Part shown: piece after piece, positions 28,701-38,010 of the stretch | Layout of the letters: every line of letters starts with the position of its first letter | Numbering within the stretch: position 1 is the first letter of the stretch | Origin: a bacterium | GTDB taxonomy: Bacteria; Hinthialibacterota; Hinthialibacteria; Hinthialibacterales; Hinthialibacteraceae | Length of the DNA: 64,000 nt | Direction of reading: 5' to 3' | Assembly (NCBI GenBank): GCA_963662285.2 | Contig: CAXXMV010000006.1 | Location: 96,001 to 160,000, forward strand | The notes under the pieces: generated by a model | Database searches by the model: none | What the model was told of the DNA's origin: nothing | What the model saw: the letters and a program-made list of their open reading frames with translations, nothing else | Position numbers and translations under genes: made by a program

Positions 28701-29513
28701 CTAAATCACAGAAATAAGCGTAATCAATGATGCGCCAAGTCCAAGCGCCAATTGCTTTACGCCTGTTCGAGCCAAAAGTTGATTAGCGGATAAAGTTATG
28801 GCTTCACCGCTATCCGTCGCTTTATCCGGTTGCGATCCGGCGGAAGTAAACGCCTTTAAGGCAATACCCAGATCGGCTGTTTGAGGTATAGCGGAAAGAG
28901 TCTTGCCAATTGGTTGACTCTTCTCTCTGGCATAATCAAAACCACTGCTGAAAGCCGACTTAGCGTAACCGGTTGCAGCGATAAGCACCTGCTTTTGCGC
29001 CTCATCGACGACAGGTTCTTCATTATCAAGGTCAATAGTAGGTTGATCATGGATATCGTCAGTGATTACTCCCTTACCTTTGCCTGTTTCAACATCAGAT
29101 TTGCCGTGGTCATTATTAATAGCAACCATCGTCGGTCCCTGATCCATGGGGGCTATCGACGAAAATACGCCGAAGATAATTAACAAGCCAGCCAAGCCAG
29201 CCAAAAGATTGCGCGGCATTAGCATCCAATCCCAGATGGAGATCGATTGTTTTCTATGGGTCTTCTCTTCTGTGATAAGCCGTTCGTGGATGCTGGTCAG
29301 GTTATTATTTAATAACTGATCGAACCGGTCATCGTCCAAATCAGAATCGAGAGCGCTTTCAAATCGCTTAAAAACATCCAGCATACGCTTATCGCTCTGG
29401 TTTTGTTCTAGTTGGGCTTCGATCTCAGCGCTTTTCTCTCGATCAAGCAGTCCATCGTAATAAAGCGAAAGATCGTGTAAATCCGGTTTCTGTTTTTGAT
29501 TCATGATGCTCAC
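28701..29513 (-). CDS. Anti-sigma factor (single TM)
   Basis: Directly downstream of the ECF sigma gene. LSLYYDGLLD...IEAQL resembles a ZAS-like fold lacking Cys, followed by a TM. Confidence 0.8.
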   Translation of the reverse strand: MSIMNQKQKPDLHDLSLYYDGLLDREKSAEIEAQLEQNQSDKRMLDVFKRFESALDSDLDDDRFDQLLNNNLTSIHERLITEEKTHRKQSISIWDWMLMPRNLLAGLAGLLIIFGVFSSIAPMDQGPTMVAINNDHGKSDVETGKGKGVITDDIHDQPTIDLDNEEPVVDEAQKQVLIAATGYAKSAFSSGFDYAREKSQPIGKTLSAIPQTADLGIALKAFTSAGSQPDKATDSGEAITLSANQLLARTGVKQLALGLGASLITLISVI

Positions 29514-29523
29514 CTTCGGCCGC

Positions 29524-30237
29524 TCAAAGGCTAATCGGGCCGTATTCTTCTTCCAATATAGGTTGCAAAATTTTCATTAATTTTTTTCTGGCTGCAAAAA
29601 GAGTCGTGCCAACGGTTTGTTCAGTGCTGTTCATCACTTCAGCGATTTCTCTGAGAGAGAAGCCTTTTACGCTGCGCAGGGTCATCGCCATACGCTGTTG
29701 TTTAGGCAAGGTTTCGATTGCACTCAATATTTTTTCCTGAACCCATGTTTCGCTCATTTTATCGTCCGGGCGCTGTGGTCCTTCCATATCGCTTGCATCC
29801 GCTAACGCCTGAAAAGCAGAATCCTGATGATCCATCGCCGTTACCCGTCCCGGTTTACGTTTCCTTAAGTAATCAATACTCAAATTGTTGGCCGTCGTAT
29901 ATAGCCAAGACTTTAAACTCTTGTCTTCTTTTAGTTTATCAAGCGAACGGTGCAATCTTACGAATGTTTCCTGCAACACGTCTTTGGCATCGAAATCGTC
30001 ACGAATCATTCTAAATATGAATACTAACAATGGTCGTTCATAACGTTTAACCAGGTTGTTGTATCCCCGGATATCGCCATCTTTCCACTGACGCAGCAAT
30101 GCCAAGTCAGTGGAGTTCGCCACCTCACTCATAGAGGATACGGCAGGGAATGATACAGCTGAGATTGCATTCATATCAGATTCTTCGGGATGATCCCCGT
30201 CGTTACTCCTAGAATGATCCGATTTTTTAGGTTTCAT
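29524..30237 (-). CDS. ECF-type RNA polymerase sigma factor
   Basis: Region 2 DAKDVLQETFVR...KSWLYTTANNLSIDYLR and region 4 LPKQQRMA...SLREIAEVM. The start may be further downstream. Confidence 0.95.
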   Translation of the reverse strand: MKPKKSDHSRSNDGDHPEESDMNAISAVSFPAVSSMSEVANSTDLALLRQWKDGDIRGYNNLVKRYERPLLVFIFRMIRDDFDAKDVLQETFVRLHRSLDKLKEDKSLKSWLYTTANNLSIDYLRKRKPGRVTAMDHQDSAFQALADASDMEGPQRPDDKMSETWVQEKILSAIETLPKQQRMAMTLRSVKGFSLREIAEVMNSTEQTVGTTLFAARKKLMKILQPILEEEYGPISL

Positions 30238-30309
30238 AATGATATACGAATGCTATCAAGATTATTTTTAATAATTTTAATAATTTTAATAAGTTCATAT
30301 TAAAATTAT

Positions 30310-31703
30310 GCCTCTTCAAAAAAATCTGTGGGTGAAATTTGGTTCTGGTAAATCGCCAAGTGTATGATATAAGGCGATTTCCAGCGCTTTGTAGGTTCGA
30401 AAACCGTACGCCATTTTGGTAGTCACTTTGGCCTTGTTGTTTAAGCCTTCCACCACTCCAGAAGAAAACTCCTTTTTCGCCCGAAACCAGTTCAAAATCA
30501 GTTCGCGATGGTTGCGCAGCATCTTGGCCACTTTCTTCATTGGTTCGATTCGCGAGCGCATGGTTTTAGTACACCACTGATCCATGAAGCGTCCAGCCCA
30601 CCATGCTGATTTATATTCCCAGAAAAATTGAAATTCCTCTTTGAGAAGATAACTTCTCACCGTGCGCAGATTATATCGAACCACGTTGGCTAATTTATCG
30701 ACCTGCTTGACTGTCAAATTATCCGGGTCGTTTCAGAAACCACCAGCGACTTCCTTTTAATACCGGTTCTAATCCCTTGGCCTTCAATTCACGGGATTCT
30801 CCAGCGCGGACTTGATCTATGGCTTTGTTCATATGAGCCATGATGTGAAACCGATCCAATACATTCAGCGCGCTTTTGGCTTTTTTGCGAATGACTTTGA
30901 GATAAGCTTTCCACATATCACTGCACACAAATTCCAATTTTTTTGAACGTTCTTCCCCGAACCATCTGAAGAATTTCAACAGTGTTTTGATCTTTCTTTT
31001 TTCCCCGATCCACAGCAGCCGTTTGCAATTCTCATTGATTTGATATACCACTGTCACATACTGATGTCCGCCGCCCCATTGCATTTCATCGATTCCAATG
31101 GCGGTGATTCCTTCCAGGTTCACATGCTGGCGGCCCCATTCTACCGCCCGTTCAACCGAATGAAAAAACATTGTACCAACTTGTTTGAAATGCTTCCGCC
31201 ACTTGGCTCCAACTCATCCGCTTGGCCCAGCTCGCCAAGAACCATTGATAGATATGCGTTAATTCATGTTTACCATCGGCCCAAGGTACCTTTTCAACTT
31301 TCACTCCCACAGCGGTGACAATTCACGCGGCGCATGGCATAGATCAGGAATACGGTTAATCCCCATATCGGGATAAACTCAAATCGGCGCGCATCTAATC
31401 TGTCATAACCTGATCCTTTTTCTCCGCAGCATGAACATATCGGGCGGCTTTTGACATGAGCACGGACTTTTACCTCTATGGATGTTTTACCATTCCATTC
31501 ACCAAATTTGCTAGAAGCATATACATACCCCTTGATTTTATGAACACGATTGAGGATTCTAATGACATCCATCCGGTTTCCTCCTGGTTGATGATTTTTC
31601 GCTGATTTCATTCTTTCAGGATAAGAGACCGGATGTCTTTTTTATACCTCTACTATTCGAAGTATTTTTGCTATCATTCACCCACAGATTTCTTTATAGA
31701 ACC
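30310..31703 (-). mobile_element. ISL3-family insertion sequence (defective)
   Basis: Imperfect IRs GCCTCTTCAAAAAAATCTGTGGGTGAA / GGTTCTATAAAGAAATCTGTGGGTGAA and an 8 bp target duplication AAAATTAT / AAAACTAT (1 mismatch). Confidence 0.92.
30316..31572 (-). pseudogene. Frameshifted ISL3 transposase
   Basis: Three ORF pieces: zinc finger CSCCG...CHRCG; IGIDE, CSDMWKAY and LDRFHI; SSGVVEGLNNKAK...AYGFR. Confidence 0.92.
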
Positions 31704-31720
31704 AAAACTATTAATTTCTT

Positions 31721-31746
31721 TGAAAGAAATATTGTATTTATACGTA
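31721..31746 (+). promoter_or_regulatory. Putative SigW-like ECF promoter upstream of the ABC operon
   Basis: TGAAAG-N16-CGTA. Confidence 0.5.
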
Positions 31747-31925
31747 TCATTATATAATTACGCTGAAATTCTTGAATGAAAATCATTCATAAACGTCTAT
31801 TTCAGTGGATATTATTTCAATAATACGATAATAATACATTTAAGAACGAATTTTCAGTTTTTATAAAGGTTTTTAAAAAAGTTTTTATCAAATTACTCTA
31901 CCTGACATTTATTGTGTAAAAAATT

Positions 31926-32903
31926 ATGGAATCAAAACTGGCGCTGCAAATATCAAACCTATCCGTATATTTAGCTTCAAAAGAAATTTTGAAAAATGTT
32001 ACTGCGGAGATGCCCAAAGGAGCCATTGGGCTTCTTGGTCCGAATGGAGCGGGTAAAAGCACCTTGCTTAAGACCATGATGGGCTTTTTAAGAGTACATA
32101 ACGGCTCCATACGCGTTCTGGGCTTCGATCCGCAACGCGAAGGAGCGGAAGTCAGGCAGCGCATTGGTTATATGCCCGAAGACGACACTTACATCCCCGG
32201 TATGACAGCGGTTGAGTTTGTATCTTATTGCGGCTTGTTATGCGGTCTGCCCCACAAGGAAGCCATGCTGCGCGCCCATCAATCGCTTCATTATTGTGGA
32301 CTGGGCGAAGCCCGTTACCGAACTATCGACACCTACTCGACTGGCATGAGGCAGAGGATCAAACTGGCGCAAGCTCTGGTGCATGACCCGGAATTGCTTT
32401 TTTTAGATGAACCAACCAATGGCCTCGACCCGCAAGGACGCAAGTCTATGCTGGATCTGATCCGGGAAATAACCCGGAACAAAAATATATCCGTCATTCT
32501 TTCCAGCCATCTGCTGCATGATGTCGAAACGGTCTGCGACCAGGTATTGGTTCTATTTCAAGGCACGGTCGCCACATCCGGCCGGATTGAGGATTTAAAG
32601 CGCATAGCGCAGGCAGCATACGAAATCCGCCTCAAAGGCGACGCTGATTCGTTCATTGATGCTTTGGCTCAAAGGGGCATTGATTGCCAGACCAAAAAAG
32701 ACAACATGCTTCAAGTAAAAATACAAGAAGAAACCGGGACGGAGACGCTCTTCCAGGCCGCACAGGACGCAGGCGTTCAAATCCGCCACATGGCTAAAGA
32801 AGAGATGACTCTTAAAGAAATATTCTCATCCGCCATTCAACAAACCAATGGCAATCAAAACGAATCCACAACCGAAATTAATCAAGTTAATAGCCAGAGC
32901 TAA
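31926..32903 (+). CDS. ABC transporter ATP-binding protein
   Basis: GPNGAGKST, YSTGMRQR and LFLDEPT motifs. Confidence 0.96.
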   Translation: MESKLALQISNLSVYLASKEILKNVTAEMPKGAIGLLGPNGAGKSTLLKTMMGFLRVHNGSIRVLGFDPQREGAEVRQRIGYMPEDDTYIPGMTAVEFVSYCGLLCGLPHKEAMLRAHQSLHYCGLGEARYRTIDTYSTGMRQRIKLAQALVHDPELLFLDEPTNGLDPQGRKSMLDLIREITRNKNISVILSSHLLHDVETVCDQVLVLFQGTVATSGRIEDLKRIAQAAYEIRLKGDADSFIDALAQRGIDCQTKKDNMLQVKIQEETGTETLFQAAQDAGVQIRHMAKEEMTLKEIFSSAIQQTNGNQNESTTEINQVNSQS

Positions 32904-32917
32904 GGAGGTCATGCATC

Positions 32918-33805
32918 GTGCCGGTCTATGAACAGACCTATTCGCATTACGAAGGAGAATACCGCCCCCGATCATTGGCATGGACGCTGATCGCCCGTCG
33001 GGGAATTATACAGACATGGCGCAAGAAATGGTTCCGCATCATTCTTATGTTCTGTCTAGCGCCTTTTATAATCATGACGCTGAGAATCTATCTGGCGTCA
33101 AATATGGAGTTATTAAATCTTCTCGAATTTAATACCTCCGCCGTCAAGGATATTCTCAATATTGACGAGAAATTTTATCACACATTTCTCCTTATACAGA
33201 GTTTCCCCTGTTTTTTGATGACCCTATTCACCGGGGCCGACCTGATCGCTTCCGACCGTCGGACTAAAGCGTTGACGCTTTATCTTTCAAAGCCCATAAC
33301 GCGGCTCGATTACCTGTTCGGCAAGGCTTCGATACCATGCTTTTACCTATACCTGGTCTCGATGATCCCCGGTCTGTTTCTTATGTTCTTCTATGCTTTC
33401 TTCAACGAAAACTGGATGTATCTATGGGAGAACCGCCAGATCGCCGGTCGGATCGTTTTACTTTCCCATGTTTATATTATCCCGATGATAGCCTTGATAC
33501 TGGCTATATCGTCAATGACGCGGTCGAAAGTCAGCGCCGTAGTTATGTTCTGCGTTATTTCATTCGTACCCGATACATTGGTTAATATTCTATACAATCT
33601 GGTTCAAGAGACCTGGATCAATCCGGATTACTTTTCTCTGTTTTCGTTAAACACGGTTAATCGGCAACTTGGCGCTGTATTGTTCAAGCAGGAGATACCC
33701 TACGACCTTCATTGGGGATGGTATGTTTCAGCCCTGGCAGTCCTGGTCGCCCTTTGCGGACTGATTCTTAACAAGCAAATCAGAGCGGTGGAAGTGGTGA
33801 AATAG
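32918..33805 (+). CDS. ABC-2 type permease
   Basis: About 6 TM, LYLSKPITRLDYLFGK, and an AAGGAGG RBS before GTG. Confidence 0.92.
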   Translation: MPVYEQTYSHYEGEYRPRSLAWTLIARRGIIQTWRKKWFRIILMFCLAPFIIMTLRIYLASNMELLNLLEFNTSAVKDILNIDEKFYHTFLLIQSFPCFLMTLFTGADLIASDRRTKALTLYLSKPITRLDYLFGKASIPCFYLYLVSMIPGLFLMFFYAFFNENWMYLWENRQIAGRIVLLSHVYIIPMIALILAISSMTRSKVSAVVMFCVISFVPDTLVNILYNLVQETWINPDYFSLFSLNTVNRQLGAVLFKQEIPYDLHWGWYVSALAVLVALCGLILNKQIRAVEVVK

Positions 33806-33809
33806 AACT

Positions 33810-34730
33810 ATGGCGTATATAGAGATTAAAAACTTATCCAAATGGTATGGTCAAGTACTCGGCATAAGCGGCGTTACCGCCCGCATCGAACCGGGAGTAA
33901 CCGGGTTGCTCGGTCCAAACGGCGCCGGGAAAAGCACCCTGCTCAAAATCCTTACCGGACAGATCAAAGCTGATACCGGGGGAGCGACGATTGGCGGGAT
34001 TCCCGTCTGGAATCATATTAAATTATATGAAATCGTCGGTTTTTGCCCTGATATGGAAAAATTCTACGAACGTCTGACTGGTTTAGAGTTCCTGACCTAT
34101 ATGGCGCGGCTGCATGGCATGTCAAAATCCAAAGCGATGCAAACCGCCCGTGATACGCTGCATACCATGGGTCTGGACGATGCAGTTAATAAACGGATCG
34201 GAGCTTACAGCAAAGGGATGCGCCAGCGCGTCAAGTTCGCTCAAGCCATTATGCACGACCCGGAGGTTCTCTTTTTAGACGAACCAATGCAGGGCATGGA
34301 CCCACTGGGACGCTTGCAGACTGCCGAACTTATCCGCGATTATGGTCAAAGAGGCAAAACCGTTGTGGTCTCCAGCCATATCCTGAACGAAGTGGAAGAC
34401 ATGACCAATACCATTCTGGTTCTGAATCATGGTCAGCTGCTGGCTGAAGGCGACGTTCACGAAATTCGCGAGTTGATCGATGAACAACCGCGCCATGTGC
34501 GCATCACCACTCCTGAACGCAGAAAATTATCCAATATCCTGATCGGCTTCCCCGAAGTTCAGACTATCAGTTTCGAGGACGCTCCAGACGAATTGATGGT
34601 GCAGACCATGTCGCCGGATGCATTCTATCAAAGACTGCCCGATCTGGTAATGAAAGACAAAATTACCATAGAACAAATATCCACTTTGGATGATAACCTT
34701 GAATCAGTATTTGATTATCTGGTGAAATAA
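33810..34730 (+). CDS. ABC transporter ATP-binding protein
   Basis: GPNGAGKST, YSKGMRQR and LFLDEP motifs. Confidence 0.96.
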   Translation: MAYIEIKNLSKWYGQVLGISGVTARIEPGVTGLLGPNGAGKSTLLKILTGQIKADTGGATIGGIPVWNHIKLYEIVGFCPDMEKFYERLTGLEFLTYMARLHGMSKSKAMQTARDTLHTMGLDDAVNKRIGAYSKGMRQRVKFAQAIMHDPEVLFLDEPMQGMDPLGRLQTAELIRDYGQRGKTVVVSSHILNEVEDMTNTILVLNHGQLLAEGDVHEIRELIDEQPRHVRITTPERRKLSNILIGFPEVQTISFEDAPDELMVQTMSPDAFYQRLPDLVMKDKITIEQISTLDDNLESVFDYLVK

Positions 34731-34731
34731 T

Positions 34732-35565
34732 ATGAATGTCCAAGCCCGTATCCTGTATCCCTTAACAGCGCTGGTAACTACCAATACCAAAATGTCGCTA
34801 TTCAGCCGCAAAGCGTTCTTCCCCGGCTTGATTGCCTCATTCCCCCTGGGATTGGTAATAATGTTTCGCATCTTATGGATCATCTGGGGAGCGCCGAGCG
34901 ACGATCCGGAAGCAACCGATGCTTTTTTAATCTATTCAATGTTGTGCGCCATGATGTACATGCAGTTGATTATCCCTCTACTATCTCTGCTTAAAGGCAT
35001 GGGAACCTTCACCGAAGAGATCGAAGAAGGCACGCTGATGTTTCTCCGCCTGCGGCCGGCGCCGCGCAGCATCATCATAGCGGGAAAATTCTTATCCTAC
35101 GTAATTACGACTACTGTATTATTGATAATATCGTTATGGAGCGTGTATACCATACTCAGCACCATACCCGGCGCCGGAATGTTTCTGGGAGACCTCAAAG
35201 TACTTATCAAAGACACCTGGGTGCTTGTTTTAGGGCTGGTCGCCTATGGCGCGGTTATGATGTTAATCGGCACGTATTTCAAACACCGCATTATGATCGG
35301 CGTTTTCGTGCTCTTCGTCTGGGACGCATGGGCGGCCTACATCCCCGGTTCAGCGCACAAGTTCACCATCAAATATTACATGCAATCGATTTTCCCCCAC
35401 CAGAGGGAACAGACCATAGTAGAATCACTGCTGACCAATAATCCCCCGGCCTCAATGACCGCCTCAATCATCACCCTGCTATGCATAGCCCTGGTAAGCA
35501 TATTCCTGACATCCCTGGCCTTCCAGTTCAAAGAACTAAGCAGCGGACAGGAGAATGAGAGTTAA
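34732..35565 (+). CDS. ABC-2 type permease
   Basis: About 6 TM and EEIEEGTLMFLRLRPAPRSIIIAGK. Confidence 0.92.
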   Translation: MNVQARILYPLTALVTTNTKMSLFSRKAFFPGLIASFPLGLVIMFRILWIIWGAPSDDPEATDAFLIYSMLCAMMYMQLIIPLLSLLKGMGTFTEEIEEGTLMFLRLRPAPRSIIIAGKFLSYVITTTVLLIISLWSVYTILSTIPGAGMFLGDLKVLIKDTWVLVLGLVAYGAVMMLIGTYFKHRIMIGVFVLFVWDAWAAYIPGSAHKFTIKYYMQSIFPHQREQTIVESLLTNNPPASMTASIITLLCIALVSIFLTSLAFQFKELSSGQENES

Positions 35566-35604
35566 CACAGGTTTCAATCTAACACTCCTATCAACCATAA
35601 ACAC

Positions 35605-35830
35605 GGGTGCCAAGGGTAGTGTATTTTCTACCCTTGACGACAACTATATAGAAATTGAATAATTTCTATAATTATTTATCTTTTTTTATAGAATTATTGA
35701 CATATGGTTCCAACTACCCCAACTTTAAATTTAATCATAATTCTCTTTATTCAGTGAAACCTTGATTAAATTATCGAAATATAAGGGGTGAACTCAATCA
35801 AGGGCAGAAAATACACTGCCCTTGGCACCC
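35605..35830. repeat. Inverted pair of CAAGGG-hairpin repeats flanking an AT-rich core (REPIN/MITE-like)
   Basis: GGGTGCCAAGGGTAGTGTATTTTCTACCCTTGA (35605-35637) and its near reverse complement (35798-35830). Confidence 0.85.
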
Positions 35831-35988
35831 AATATTATCCTATATTCAGATAATTTGATTTCTCATAATCTCCCCTATTGATATTTGTGGGTAAAGATCA
35901 GCCCTCCGGAAGAGCTAGGGTGAGGGGACAAAGCGCAAAAAAACATGGATATTTTAACCACCCCAGCAGCGTGTCCCATCGTCTAATG

Positions 35989-37095
35989 CTAAAATCCCCA
36001 AAACACCTTAGACAGCAGGAACATAACATCGGGAGGATTCTGATATCCGACTGGCCCGATAAAGATAGAGTAGATGCTTACTACCCCGAAAGCGGCGCAC
36101 CACACGAACAGGATGCGGCGCAATGTTTTATCCTCAATGGGCAGACAAAACGCGGGCAGCATCATGAAATACCAGAATTGCGCCATCTGACTGGAGCGTA
36201 CCATAATAACAAAAACAATGGGCGCAACCCAGGGAATCACGCATTGGGTGCGTTTGATTCCATAGACGCAGAAAAACAGAAATCCTATCGACAAAAACAA
36301 ATGAGTATAAATCAAAGGCATCGGGAAATGCACAAAGCGGGTGGGATCATCAATTATCCAGGATAGTGGATTAACCGGCGGAACATATTGTTTTTCCATT
36401 AGATGCTGTGGATAACCGCCGAAAAAATGCGCCGCGACGCTGGGTAGAAAACTCACGACGCCCCAGCCCAATTCACAGGCCAGACGCTTGGGCTTTTTCC
36501 ACGACATGCGCTGCACAAACACCAGACCGAGAAACATGGGGAAGAGTTTGGTCTGCACAGCGATGCCAATAAGCCCATAAGCCCAGGGCTTCTTCTTCAT
36601 CAAAGCCCATAGGGCTAGCACCGTCCAAAAAATCACATAACCTTCAAACTGCCCTTCGCGTGAAGTATACCAGATGCTGATCGGATTCAACCAATAAAGC
36701 AGACCCAACCACCGGTCGCCGCTGGCTTTACCGATGATCCACGCGCCTAAAACATCGAACAAAGTTAAGATAATCTTTCCAAAAGCCAATGATGTGCTGA
36801 TGGCGGAGATTACAGAGAAGAGCAGCAGCGTCATCGGTGGATATGTATAATGGTAGTTATGCCACAGAAACTGGCAGGGCCAGGGCGAAAGATCGAACGC
36901 CGTCATATCGTAGAGCGCAAAGCCATAGATGGGGAAAGCCTTGCCGAATCCGATATTACGCATTAAATCAGTTGTATATGGGGTCAAAAGAAAGCAATAG
37001 GTCAAACGCAAGGCCAATCCTGCAACCAAAAGCGCGACGAACAATACGTCCCATGAAGACTTGAAGGTAAACAGATGGTTCTTTTTAAGGTTCAT
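35989..37095 (-). CDS. GT-C fold membrane glycosyltransferase (GT87-like)
   Basis: TTDLMR, YTYPP, LNPISI...EGQFE and IAVQTKLFP motifs; multi-TM. Confidence 0.75.
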   Translation of the reverse strand: MNLKKNHLFTFKSSWDVLFVALLVAGLALRLTYCFLLTPYTTDLMRNIGFGKAFPIYGFALYDMTAFDLSPWPCQFLWHNYHYTYPPMTLLLFSVISAISTSLAFGKIILTLFDVLGAWIIGKASGDRWLGLLYWLNPISIWYTSREGQFEGYVIFWTVLALWALMKKKPWAYGLIGIAVQTKLFPMFLGLVFVQRMSWKKPKRLACELGWGVVSFLPSVAAHFFGGYPQHLMEKQYVPPVNPLSWIIDDPTRFVHFPMPLIYTHLFLSIGFLFFCVYGIKRTQCVIPWVAPIVFVIMVRSSQMAQFWYFMMLPAFCLPIEDKTLRRILFVWCAAFGVVSIYSIFIGPVGYQNPPDVMFLLSKVFWGF

Positions 37096-37146
37096 AACTC
37101 GAAATTGAAATCAAAATATATATATAATACTCTTCTATTTTGCAGT

Positions 37147-38007
37147 ATGTTTCTAATATTAAACTGGAATATGCTAACGACTCCAGCCGCATGGAGCGTT
37201 GAAGCGCTCGAACCGGAGATGATCAGCATCCCGGCAGGAATATTCATTGCCGGATCATCCGATTACGAACGCTCCATATACCGCGTCCCGCATCACGAAC
37301 CGGCGCATCATATTATCTATCTCCCCACCTACCAAATTGGACGCACTGAAGTGAGCAACAACGAATACGAGCGCTTTATCAATGACGGTGGATATGATAA
37401 CCAGGCATTCTGGTCAAAAAAGGGCTGGCAGGCGCGAACCACTAATAATTGGGTCGCTCCACGATGCTGGAACGATAAGGATTACCGGGGAACCAGAGGC
37501 GAAAATTTCCCGGTATGCGCTATCAGCTGGTATGAAGCAAACGCCTATTGCCGATGGCTTTCCAGCAAAACAGGAAAAGCCTTCCGCCTGCCCACTGAAT
37601 GGGAATGGGAAAAAGCGGCGCGGGGAACGGATGGCCGAATTTTCCCCTGGGGCGACCAATGGGATAACCAGGCCAGCAACTGGTTTGGTTATCTGGGCGA
37701 AGTGATAAAAAACAAGAAGGACGTCGATGGTTATAGAGGAGTAGCGCCGGTTGGTTCTTTTGAAAAAGGCAAAAGCCCCTGGGGTTGTTACAATATGGCG
37801 GGGAATGTGATGGAATGGTGCCAGGATGAATGGATCGATGGCGCCAACCGCTACCGGGTGCTGCGCGGCGGTTGTTTCTTTTCTAACAATCACCGCTTAA
37901 TGCGATGCGCCCGGCGCGGGGGAACCTATCCTGATATCGGCCATGTTTATTGGGGAATTATCGGCTTCCGGGTTGCTATGGATGACCAAAACGAGAAGGA
38001 AAACTGA
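37147..38007 (+). CDS. FGE-sulfatase (SUMF1/EgtB/PvdO) domain protein, probably exported
   Basis: TEVSNNEY, FRLPTEWEWEKAARG, NMAGNVMEW and GFRVA motifs. ATG 37147 is preferred over 37075. Confidence 0.92.
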   Translation: MFLILNWNMLTTPAAWSVEALEPEMISIPAGIFIAGSSDYERSIYRVPHHEPAHHIIYLPTYQIGRTEVSNNEYERFINDGGYDNQAFWSKKGWQARTTNNWVAPRCWNDKDYRGTRGENFPVCAISWYEANAYCRWLSSKTGKAFRLPTEWEWEKAARGTDGRIFPWGDQWDNQASNWFGYLGEVIKNKKDVDGYRGVAPVGSFEKGKSPWGCYNMAGNVMEWCQDEWIDGANRYRVLRGGCFFSNNHRLMRCARRGGTYPDIGHVYWGIIGFRVAMDDQNEKEN

Positions 38008-38010
38008 CTT

